Below, in pieces: positions 1-11,664 of a stretch of DNA of 64,000 bases. The stretch's first letter is position 1, and every line of letters starts with the position of its first letter. The DNA is from Lophium mytilinum (lineage: Eukaryota): contig MU004183.1 of the NCBI GenBank assembly GCA_010093605.1, positions 2,604,001 to 2,668,000 of the forward strand, in the 5' to 3' direction. A program made the position numbers and the translations under genes. The notes under the pieces are model-generated. The model saw only the letters and a program-made list of their open reading frames with translations. It made no database searches and was not told where the DNA came from.

Positions 1-29
1 ATATTATGCGCAATTATATAGCTATAACA
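1..29 (-). repeat. Start of 3' LTR (continues off-window)
   Basis: 2-29 tattatgcgcaattatatagctataaca matches 8411-8438 tgttatgcgcaatcgtgtagctataaca with 4 transition-only mismatches. On the minus strand it begins TGT. Confidence 0.85.
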
Positions 30-43
30 CGTCTCCCCCCTCT
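30..43 (-). other. Polypurine tract of the Gypsy element
   Basis: Minus strand AGAGGGGGGAGACG immediately precedes the TGTTATAG LTR start. Confidence 0.8.
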
Positions 44-254
44 AAAGAAGCCCCTTAATTAAAGCGTCCTTATTGCAAGAGAGTTCTTTTTATACTAGAG
101 TATCTATAATCGCCTAAATATCTATTAAATAAAGTGCCTAATTATACTTAGGTAGGCTGTAAGTAAAGAAAGAAAATAAATTAATTTATAGAGAATTATT
201 TATTCTTTCTATTTTTATGCAGCCTTCTATAGCCTTACTATTTTAGTATAGTAA

Positions 255-355
255 TATTACTATACGCAGTATTACTATACATAGTATTACTCTATATAGT
301 ATTACTATACGCAGTATTACTATATATAGTATTACTATGCGCAGTATTACTATAA
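255..355. repeat. 15-bp tandem repeat (~gtattactatacgca x6-7) in the 3' untranslated region of the retroelement
   Basis: Directly visible reiterated agtattacta-N5 units with RIP-type variants. Confidence 0.85.
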
Positions 356-3300
356 GTAGCCTTATTTATTTAAACTAGGGCCGGCTATAATAGGGCTGTA
401 AGGAGCTATATAGCCTTTATAGCTACTAGCCTACTACTAGGTACTTATAATAATCTATATTATTATATTATATTAATTATTATACATGTCTATAGTTAGG
501 TCTTCTTAATAAATTAATTTAACCGCCGGTCCAGTAATTAAATTATATAGCTTCCGCAACGTTAGTTATATAGAGGTCTATAGCAGTAAGAATAGTAGCT
601 AAGATTAGCTTCTAGTCTAATAGTAGTTAAAATAATAAATAAGGTTCTAGTTTCTTAGGGTATTAGTAGTAGAAATCTATAATAAGGTGCGGGTAACTAT
701 TAGCGTAATTATAATTATCCTATTAGGGCTTATTATTCTATCTAATAAACTTAATCTTATATTATAGTATGCCTCTTTTTCTAATAGTAGGATTAAGACG
801 TCTTCTATCTAGACAGCTATCTATAACTTTCTTAGCGTTGCCTTCCTAGTATATAGGGGTTATTTTAATAGAGGGAGGCTTAGAATTACATTATTCTTTT
901 ATAGGGATAGCGTCGGCTAGATAGAGAAGCTATAGGTAGAATATAGAATAGATATTTACTATACCCTTAGGTAAGTTAAGCTTATATACGCTTCTATTTT
1001 TATAGCTTTCTAGAATCTTAAAGGGACCTAGCTTCTTAAAGTTAAGCTTCTTATTTAGTCGCGTTATTTTAATAAAGCGTCTATCTAGTATAACTTAATT
1101 GCCTGGATAATACGTCTAAGCTAGTTATTATCCGGCGTTAGTATATTTCTTTTACTTAGCCTAGGCCCATTTAATTTCTATGCAGAGAAACGCGCGTAGC
1201 TTATCTAGCTTATTAACGAGTTTATCCGCCAGCTTAGTAAGTTAAATTGTTAGTATAGTCGCGTTCTCTAGTAAACGCGCAGCTAGTGTAGTACCTACGC
1301 TAGAAATATAGCCTTTAGTAGCTATAAAGGGCGCTACTCTAGTAGAAGCATTTCTTAATAAGTTAGCTTTAAATTTAGCTATAGCAAGGAAATTATACTA
1401 GTTATTTTACTAGTAGTTAATATATACTCTAAGGTACTATTTTAGGCCTATATTAGTAATCTCTATCTATCTATCTATTTTAGAGTAAAAGGTAGTAGAG
1501 AGCTTTAGCTTTATACTAATACACTTATATAGATAAGACTAGAAGGTTAAGATAAATTATATTTCTCTATTAGAAATAATAGACTATAGATATTCTTTAG
1601 TGCGCTATACCTATTTAAGAAAGGCTTAGGCTACTTCTTCGGCGTCTATAGTAATTATAGAGATAAACTTACATATTTTAAAGAGTCTATTAATAACTAC
1701 TATAATATATTAGTAGTCCTATCTAAATTATAAGTATTTTAGTAGAGGGCTAATAAAATCCACTATTAGATTAGTCTAATACTATTTAGAAATAGAGAGT
1801 AGCTTAAGAAAGCCCTGCTTTATATTACATGCGTGCTTAATACGGTTGCATAGTTAGTAGGCCTTAATATAATAGTTAATATTAGAAGTTATCTATAGCT
1901 AGAAGTAGTATATTAAGACTCTATTATAAGTAGATATAGTTCTACTATACCCGACTAGTAGTGGCTTATAAAGGCTCTTAATAATAGCTAACTAGAGTTT
2001 CTCCTTAGTAGGAATGTATAGGCGGTCTTTTTAAATAAAGATAAGGCCGTTATAAATTATATAATTATAGAGTTTAAGCTTAACGCCGTAGTTCTTAATA
2101 ATATCTATAGGTAGGCGGCGTAGCTTAGCCCTAATAGCGTCTTTAATAGCGTTGCTAACAGCGTTATTAATAAGGGCTTCCTATATATAATCTACTATAT
2201 CTTACTCTATAGTACTATTAGCAGGGTTACTCTATAACTCCCCCTGCCTTAGTAACTTCTATAGTTCTTTATTAAGGTTACTTTAAGACTCCCCCTAATT
2301 AAGTTCTACTTTACTAAGGTTGTATAATATTACTATAAGGGAAACTACGTTATAGGTAACGCCGTTAGTTATAATATAAGCTAGTTTAATAGTATAGCGC
2401 ATTTCTAGTTCTAGGTTATAGTTCTTAAGAATAGTCTATTACTAGATTTTATAGCGCTTATTGTCTTTATCTAGTATATCGCCTAGGCGTCTAGTTAGTA
2501 AATTAGCCTTACTATTATCCTTGCCTGGCCTGTAAGTAATCTAAAAGTTAAACTTAGAGAGAAATTTAGCCTATCTAGCTTATCTTTAATTAAGCTGCTT
2601 AGTCTCTATAAAGTATTATAAGGTCCGGTAATTAGAAAGGACTTTAATTAGATTGCCGTAACTATATCTAGCAAGCTTAGTGCGCTATTCTTTAAAAGCG
2701 TAAATAATAGCGAGGAGTTCCTTATTATAGATCTAATAGTTAAGCTAGGCTGCGCTTATCTAATGTAATATAAACGTAATAGGGCGGAGGATGCCGTTAG
2801 CCTGCATTTAAGATAGTATCGCAGCCGTAATAGTATTAGATATATTATATTCTACCTATATTTCTAGATCTAGGTTAAAGTAGGCTATCTAAGGGGCGTT
2901 AATAAACGCCTGCTTTATTTACTTAAAGGAGAAGTCCTCTAAGCTACCTTCTTACTATAGGAAAGTAAACTACTTATAGACTTCTACTCTTATAAGTTAT
3001 ATAAGCGGCCCTATAATATTAAAATAGGCAATAATAAATTACTAGTAGAAGTTATAGAAACCTAGAAAAGCTTATATATTATAGAGGTTCCGTAGTTATA
3101 GCTAGTTAATAACTGTTTTAACTTTAGCTAGATCCATCTTAAGGCCGTTAACGCTAATAATAACGCCTAGGTACTTAACCTCTTATTTATAGAACTTGCA
3201 TTTTATAATATTAAGAAATAAGCTAGCTTTATAAAGTTATTAGAGGACTTTCTTAATATAACTAACGTATTCTTTAAGCGTTTCGCTAAAGATAAGAATA

Positions 3301-6300
3301 TTATTAAGGTAGGCTATATAGAAGTTGTCTAAATACTCTAAGAGAACGTTATTAATAAAGGCTTAAAATGTTGCTAGGGCATTGCATAAGCTAAAGGGTA
3401 GGATAGTAAATTTAAATAGGCCGTATCTAGTAAGAAAGGCCGTGTATTTTTTGTCTTCTTTGCGCATTCTAATAGCGTTAAAGGTAGTAATAACATTAAA
3501 TTTAGTATAATAGTAAGCATGCTTTAGTAATACTAAAGTGTCTTTTATAGCCGGTAGAACATTATAGGCCTTAATAGTAATAGTATTAAGGCTATAGTAG
3601 TCTATATAAATGCGGAGGCCTCCTCTAGGTTTATAAATAATAATAACTAGAGCAGTATACTAACTATTACTCTTTCTAATATAGCCTTTACTATATATCT
3701 TATTAATAAACGTTTTAATAACTAGTATCTTATCTTATAAGAGTCTATAGACTTTACGCGCTAGTGCCTTTATTTCTAGTTTAATATTAATATAGTAGTT
3801 AATATCTATACTATCTTTTACTTTATAACGCGGTAGTAGCTTATTAGCTTCCTTTAGGTTCTATATATTAAGAAAGCTGTAATATTCTATAGGTACTAAT
3901 ACTTTAAGTTTATTGCGGGTTATTAGTTTATGCTCTATCTTCTTAAAGAATTTCTATTAGTTGTCTTTTAACATTGCGTAGAGACTAATAGCCGCTAAAT
4001 TATTAGTAAAATTAGCTGGACCTAAGATAATATCGCTAGATTTATACTAGCGTCTATTAGCGCGCGCCTAAGCTTTAGCTTTCTTATTAGTAAGTACTAG
4101 CTTAAAGTATTTAGGCTATATATAGATAGTATCTTCCTCTAGTAACTACTAGAAGTTATATAAATATTTATTGCTAGATACTACGTTAATATTAAGTACT
4201 TTAAAAGCAGCGAGTTAAGCGTTAAGCTTCTACTAGAATAGGCGCTTATCTATACGGGCGACGGGGTCTTTAGACTATATATAGACTAGTTTATAATTAA
4301 CTAGGTATTAAGAATAATAGTAGTCTAAGTCTAGCTATATTATTTAGGTACTAAACTTTATATGCGCGTTGTGCATTATAAGCTAACCTATACTAAGAAT
4401 AATGTTATAGCCCTTAAGGTTATAGATTAGTGCCTAAAATTTATTATAATAGCTTCCAATCTATATAGTAACCTTAGCTACTTTATTAATAACGGACGTA
4501 GATCTGTTTAGTAGCTTAATGTTACGTAGAGTAGCTTTATAGATATTAAGCTTATAATATTTTATAAAGTCTATAGAAATAAATGCAAATCTACCGCATC
4601 TAGAGTCTATAAGAATGGTTAATTTAACTAATCTAGTTAAAGTAATAATCTTGCAGTTAAAATCCATTTATTTACTAGATAGAGGGGTAAGCCTAACAGC
4701 GCATATAGAGAGCTTAATATTAGAAGGTTTTAGAGGGGGTAACTTAAGCTCTTAAATATATATAAGGGCCTAAGCTAGCATATCTTCTAACTATCTCTAA
4801 CGATAACTTTTATTAGAGATTAGGCATTTCCCAAGCCGTTAGAATAGATAGCCTTATTATTATTATTATCTTAGCCTTATTTATCCTTATATTTATACTT
4901 ATATTAATACTTCTAATCGCTACTATAATTAAAAGCATTAAGTTCTATACTATTAATGCTAGCAGCAGCAAGGCGCTTATTACGCTAAGCCTCTAATATA
5001 GTCTTTCTAGCCATAGCATATTTAGAGTTACTAGCGCGGTAGTTCTTCTTAAAGCAGCTAAAGCAGCGTCCTTCCTTACTAAGGCGCAGGCGGACGTATA
5101 GTAGAACGCTTAGTAGTAGAATAGTAGTAGTCTTCTTAACTATAATACAGTTATTAGTCTTAGTAGTAGATACTTTACGCCAGGCGCAGTTAGAGTTATA
5201 ATAGCTATCCTACGCATATGCGTTATTTAAGCGGCGTGCTAAGATCTATATAGTAAGAAGCTCTTTATTAGCTTATTTTTCGCGTTAAATATAATAATAG
5301 TCCTTATATAGAATATTATCTTTTACCTAGTACTAGGTTAATAAACTAAAGTTAATATATTTAGCGAGATTCGTGCGCAGTATTTTTTTAAGGTAACAGT
5401 ATTAAGTCGCAAGGCTGTTATTAATTTTGCCGTACTTAAGCCCGTTAAGAATAATATTAAAACGTTGTAGAAAGTTAGATATCTTTTTATTATATCTCTA
5501 TTTTATGCCCTTACTATTAAGTTAGTTAAGAAGGTAATTATAATAAATAGTATTACTCTCTTAGAATATAGCGTCTAGATTCTATATAAGTTTCTTAAGT
5601 AAATAATATAGATTAGTAGATATAAGAAGACTATAGTCCTTAATAACTTTATATGCGCGTCCCTTATAATAACTAATAGTAAGTTAAATTTAAGTTATAG
5701 TAGTAGGGTAAGTCTACTAGTCTACTTAGATTAAGTAGATTAGGTAGTTCTTCTAGGCCGCGTATACTATAGCTCCTAATTTAAAATTCTATAAGTAGGT
5801 ATACTTAGGTTAAGGGCCTTATCTAAATTAAGGATAGACGGGCCCGTAGACCTATAGCTAAGTAAAACCGCCTAGTTAACTTAAATTTAGGTTACCCCCT
5901 CCTTCTCCAGCTATAGTAAAGTATTAACCTAGAACGCGGTTACATTAAAAGTTATCTAGGTTAAGGGTATATAGTCCTACTAGTAGTAGAGGAGAAGTAT
6001 TATTAGTAGAATTATAATTAGAGTAGTTATGCAGGTCCGCGTATAGATTATTAGGTTATTCTACTAATATATTCTACCGGGCTTAAGCTTTAAGCTAGGT
6101 AATTCTTATTAAGGCCTATTAGTATCTAGCTTATAGGTTATTAAGCTAACAGGTTTAGGCTTAGAAGTTAGCATGCTTTTTATTACGTAGGCGTTATACG
6201 CGGGCTAACTCTATTTATTTAGCCTTAAGTTTATAGTTAAGAATACAGACTTAAGTCCGGAGCTTAGCAAGTTTACTATTAGTAAGTAAATATTTTTTAT

Positions 6301-8237
6301 TTAGCTCCTTAACGTTAGCGTTAGCAGCATTCTATTCTTAGATAGCGACGTTTATTCTATACTTATAGTTACTACTATCTTAGTAAGCTATTATAATACA
6401 GTTCTACTACTATTCTAGTGCAAGTTAAACGTCTTTAATAAGGTCTTATAGACCTTATAGTTTATATTATTAGTAGACGCTATCTCTATAGCGTATCTTA
6501 AAGATAGAGCTATTAGCGCGCTGCGTAATTATAAGATATAACTGCTAATAGTCTTCCGCGCGAATTATAGTGTAGTATCTATTACTCTATTCTATGCCCG
6601 CTGCTTGCTAGGCTAGATTAGAAGTATTAAGTCCGGTAATAGATTTAACGCGGGTAGATTAGTGTTATAATAGAGATATATTAGGCAAGGGAATACTATA
6701 AATAGGTAGTATTCTTAAATATTTAGGGTTGCGGGACTAATATAGCTTAGAAACAGTATTATAGTATACCGTGGCGTTAGAAGTATTAATAGTAACGCCT
6801 TAATAGGCTATCTTAAGCTTATTAACTTTATCGTCCGCGTTATTACTAAATTAACGTTCTTTCTTCTAACAGTTATGTTTGTTAGCTAAGTTAAAGTTAA
6901 AGGAGGAGTTCTTATTATAGGCGGCGGTTGTATTATTAAGGCCGGTAGTTATATTATTAAGAATAGGTAAATTAAAGTTGCCTAGTACATAGCTACTAAC
7001 GCGGGAGAGTAGAAGTATAGTATTCTCTACCATAATCTCTACTAGAGAAGCTAGAGTAGCTAGTAGGGGTTTACCTAAGGTACTAAACTTATTTTAATAA
7101 TATTAGAGCTTAGCGGGTATTATAGAAGGAATTAGTCCAATTAATAGTTAAGAAGTAGTAGCTAATATCTACAACTAGAACTAAGTAGCGCCTTAAAAGG
7201 GTGGGTTAGCTAGCTAAATAAGAGGGGGCTGCAGGCTATAATTAATCTACGTTATATTATTATTATTATCTCCTATAAAAAGATGCTATAGGTTAGGGGC
7301 GCCTTCTTAATATAATATAATGCTAATGCGGCAGGGGTTAATAGAAATACTATTAGCGTCGCTAAATAGGCGTCTAGTAGTAGAGCGTCTACTAGAAACA
7401 GAATTACTAAACTATAGGGCTTTAGCGCAGTTAAAAGTATAGCGGTTAGAGTTAGCTATATAAGGAGGTAGAAAAAGATTAGTATAGAAGAAAGAAAATA
7501 TAAAGGGCTAAGGAGTTAAATTTATATGCAAGCTATTAATAAATTTAGGTTATTTACTACGCGCACCGGCCGCGTAGAAGGCTTAAGAAACTAGCGCCTA
7601 TTACAGTTAGTTGCGGCGTTATCGGGGGGGTTGTAGTAAATAATAATATTAGGTAGTCTATTTATAAAACGGGTAGTATATAGAAAATAGGTAGTCTATA
7701 GATATTTATTCTATAATACTAAGTATATATATAGGCTAGCTATTATTAATACTAAGCTTTCCGGGTGTTAGTCTCTATATAGTAATAGCAATTAATTAGT
7801 AATACTAGGCGCGCGCGCGCGCTATTATTAATACTAAGCTTTCCGGGCATTAGTCTCTATACAGCAATAGTAAAATAGATAGAAAAAGAAGTTATAGAGC
7901 CGTTAAAGTAATTAACAAGAATTAGTAAGAACTTTCTAGGGTGCTACCACTACCCCTCTATTATAGGGGCTTATTGCGGAGCGTCTACTATAGTTATAAA
8001 GTCTACTATCTAGCTTTATGCATAATAGCTAGATTACTTTATTAGGGGCCCGCGGCGCTACTAATAGGAGTACTATATTATTAAGTATAGTCTTTATTAG
8101 AGGTCCGTAACGCTACTAATAGTTACTATATTAGAAGGTATAAATATACTATAGCTTATTATAAGAGCGCACTCTATTATAGAAAATTTCTAGGGGTTGC
8201 TTCCATTACTCCCGGAAGCTAGGAGGGTATTTATCTT

Positions 8238-8438
8238 ATATTAGGGCTTAAGGTTAGAACGTTAGAATTATTAGATTAAATAGTATTAATATTAATAAAA
8301 GATAAATATAAGAGAGAAAGAGGTTTCTAGAACAGACGTTGTAATAACCTAAAGAGCGGAGTAATATTTACCTATTCCGCAGAGCCTCTATTACATAACC
8401 TCTAGTTACGTGTTATGCGCAATCGTGTAGCTATAACA
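8238..8438 (-). repeat. 5' LTR of the Gypsy element (outer end 8438 firm, inner boundary approximate)
   Basis: Terminal 28 bp matches window positions 2-29 and ends ...ataaca. The inner end cannot be fixed because the partner LTR is off-window. Confidence 0.6.
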
Positions 8439-11369
8439 ATATAATAGAATTAATTAGACCCGCCTTTCTAGGTATTATTAACCTATATAAAGTGCCTTTA
8501 TATATTCTACTAAGTTCTAGTTTTATAGCTATAATATCTTTAGAGAAGTAAATAGCTAGAGGTACTAGTACTATAAGATCTACTATTAATAGAAGGCCTA
8601 TATCTACTATATCTATAGTAGTAGAGTAATAGGAAATTATATATACTACCTAGCTAAATAGTATAGAGTATTTATTAGCTAGTAGTAGAAAGTATCTAAG
8701 AAGCTTTTAATAGTAGAATAACTAGAGCTAAGTATATTATAACTAGCCGGCTAAAGAATAATTAATACTATTATTTATAGTTTCTAGCTAATCTATTTTT
8801 TCTAGCTTCTTATTTAATAGCTAGTATATATAAAGATACTATTTCTAGCTATTAAGAATGCCTAATTCTAAGCCCTTCTTATCTACCTTAATAATACTAT
8901 AGAAGTAGATAACTATCTACTAGATTAAACTTCTACTTATATAATAGTAATAGTAGAGTTTAATTACTATTAGAAAATAGTTAAGACTCTACTTAGTACT
9001 GCGCCCGGAAGGCTATACTTCTTAATAGATATCTAGACGGCTTATAATTAGAAAGTACTACTAGGTATTAATATTTACTTTATAGATGCTACTAATATAT
9101 ACTAATTAATAGTTCTAGCTCTACCTAAGCTGCTAGCGGAATATAGTAGTATTAATATTAAGAATATTATTATATAAATCTTCTAGGTATGCTCTATAGC
9201 CTCTCTATATATAATTAGCCTTCCTATTTTATAATTAGCCTTCTTATTCTATAATATATTCTTTCTATCTACTAACGTCTCTTAAAGCTCTTTAGAATCT
9301 ACCTAGAGTAAGTTAGCTATATTATTACTAATAATATAATAAACCTTAATATATTTATACGCAAAATAGTATCCTTTAGTATTAATAAGTATAAATAACG
9401 GCTATATTACCTTAGCTATATTATTAACCTTATAGTCGGCGCACTATTTACTAGTAAATAAAAGGGTAACTTTACTACTAATTATAAGTATAATATCCTT
9501 AATAAATATATAGTAGTAGAGCTATAGGTATAGTAGTAGAATATTCTTAATAAGTAAAAAGTAATAGCTATAGGTATAGCGGTAACTTAGTTTAATTATA
9601 AAGCTTTACTATATTATAATATAGCTATTTAATAGCAAGCAGCGTATATAATGCCTTACTACGCACTAGATTAATATAGGTAAGAAGAGTAGCCTTCTAC
9701 CTATTAAGCCTATAGCTATAAGGTAGAATACTCTTAAAGTAATAATAGAGTATATAGTTAAGATATAAGCATCTATTAATACTATAGTTATAGAGAAGGT
9801 AATTAGTATATTAGTATTCTCTATATACTTTCTATTCTCTATATACTTACTAAGCTTATACTTACTATACTTATTTATACTTACTATACTTATTTATACT
9901 TACTATTATTCTATATACTTTCTATTTTCTATAGCCTTTTTATATACTTTCTATTCTCTATATACTAATATTATAAATTAAAATATATACTAGACTACTA
10001 TTACCTAAAATAGTATATAATAAGCACCTATAAAGCGACGTACTAAACTAAAGATTATTAACTAGTACCTCTTAGATAATAACTAGGTTATAATTATATA
10101 ATACCTAGAGCTCTTAAAGCTATTTAAGCTTACTATAAAGCACCTTAAAGGTAGAATCTATAAGGGAAGAAAGGGGTCTCTTTAGAAGGTACTGCCTATA
10201 TTTAAATATCTATTAGCTTATCTTAAAAGAAATAAGATATAATATACTATATACCTAGAAATATACTTTAAAAATAGTATTAATCTAGGTATATATACTA
10301 GTAGCCTTTCTATTTACCTTTAGCCTTTCTATTTACCTTTAGCCTTTCTATTTACCTTTAGCCTTTCTATTTACCTTTAGCCTTTCTATTTACCTTTAGC
10401 CTTCCTATTTAGCTAATAATAATAATAATAGCCTAGATAAAGCTTAATAAATACTACTACCTTACTAACTATTTACCGGCGTATATTACTACTATTATCT
10501 TTCATTCTATATATAAGTAGATATAGGTAGAGAAGAGGTAGCCGGTAGAGTAGACTATATTAGTAAAAGAGAAAGTACTATAGTTATAGAACTTAAAGTA
10601 TAAGAATATAGCTATTATTTAGCCTAAACTAATTCCTCCGCCGCCGCCGGACGTACTAGTAAATAATAATAATAAATAGTTTAGTACTAGCTTTATAAGT
10701 AGCTTTATAAGTAGCTTTATAAGTAGTATAAGTAGTATAACTACCTTAGTATTAGGTACGCTAGGTATAGGCTATAATAATAAATATATAAGGTAGCTTA
10801 CTTATAGAAATTATTATAATAATATTTAGGTAACTAACTCTATAGAGTATTAGGTTATAGAGCTTAAATACTCTAATTTCTTCTAGGTAGCGCGTATAGC
10901 TCTTAATTACTTATTAGTTCCTACTATAAGTACGTCTAATAAGTAAGACTTTAACTAAATAGGCCTACTTTAAAACCTAAGAAGATCTATATTATATACT
11001 AATATTATAGGTGCCTATATATTACTTACCTTATAGAATAAAAAAAAGGTAATTAATATGCTAGATAGAGGTCTTATATAAGGAAACTAGCTAAAGCGCT
11101 GTTAAGCTAATATAATTAATAAGAAGCCTGCTTCTACTTAGAATAAGATTAATAATAAGGACGTTAATAGTAATATAGAGGAGGCTATAGATAAAGATAA
11201 GTAACCTTAAGGTTTACTAAGAATTAGTAATTTTATACATTAATTAATTAATTAATTAATTTAATATTAATTTAATTGGTTTAATTAATTGCGTCCTCTG
11301 CTAACTAAGGCGTTAATTTCAACCAATTTCAACGCGCCCAATCGATTGATTGAACTGACGGTAGCCCTG
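8439..11369 (+). mobile_element. RIP-inactivated hAT (Restless-like) DNA transposon, 3' part; 5' part displaced by the Gypsy insertion
   Basis: Plus-strand relics: YLELLKLFKLTIKHLKGR...GSL*KVLPIFKYLL (~10102-10215), INLA*IKLNKYY (spliced across 10289-10431), and hAT dimerisation motif ALNYLLVPTISTSNK*DF (=LDYLSVPAMSxxxERxF, ~10896-10952). Subterminal (taat)n/attgattg repeats lie at 11241-11352 and the terminus ...ctgacggtagccctg reads CAG-start TIR on the reverse strand. Confidence 0.8.
10302..10411. repeat. 19-bp minisatellite tagcctttctatttacctt x5.7 inside a predicted intron of the hAT transposase
   Basis: Perfect copies start at 10302, 10321, 10340, 10359 and 10378, with a partial copy at 10397. 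Confidence 0.9.
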
Positions 11370-11664
11370 GCGGTAAGTGGTGTCAATACCATTTAATGAC
11401 GCGATCGCAGGGCTAAGCAGAGATAAATAGAATGAAGAAGGCCGGCCTGCCGGGTGTTTTAACACCGGCGTTTTAGCGCGTGAGATAAAAATCAGCCCCC
11501 TGCCTTATCCTTCGCAGCATCAGCCATATGGCTCCACCCCACATAGCTATATTGGAAATAGCAATGCAACAAAAGGATCACCAGCTCTCCACTTAATAGA
11601 GCTCCATCGATTCCGAGCTCTTACACCTACGATAGTTGCGGTCTAGCCATGACTTGCAACTAAA

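Larger units (their letters stand above)
1..8438 (-). mobile_element. RIP-inactivated Ty3/Gypsy LTR retrotransposon (gag-PR-RT-RH-IN); 3' LTR runs off the left edge
   Basis: Minus-strand relics appear in Gypsy order: zinc knuckle EGRCFSCFKKNYRA (~5030-5080), protease LIDSRCGRFAFI (~4580-4620, from LIDSG), RT PFSLCNALATF* (~3362-3398) and AYLNNILIFS (=YLDD, ~3285-3315), RNase H NY*IYNKELLAII (~2702-2742), integrase LIVDFISPL (~1743-1770). All deviations are C>T/G>A type with many TAA/TAG stops and strong TpA excess. Confidence 0.93.

Noticed and set aside
255..355. CRISPR-like appearance of the 15-bp (and 10302-10411 19-bp) arrays
   Set aside because: Head-to-tail repeats without unique spacers, inside RIP'd eukaryotic TEs; no cas genes.
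480..760. Chromodomain at the integrase C-terminus
   Set aside because: The position fits, but the sequence is too degraded to read a convincing motif.
4461..4667. 68-aa ORF as a gene
   Set aside because: Chance stop-free piece of the RIP'd Gypsy protease region.
7741..8215. ~50-bp and ~30-bp direct repeats and a (gc)n tract
   Set aside because: Ordinary internal repeats of the retroelement 5' leader, not an independent element.
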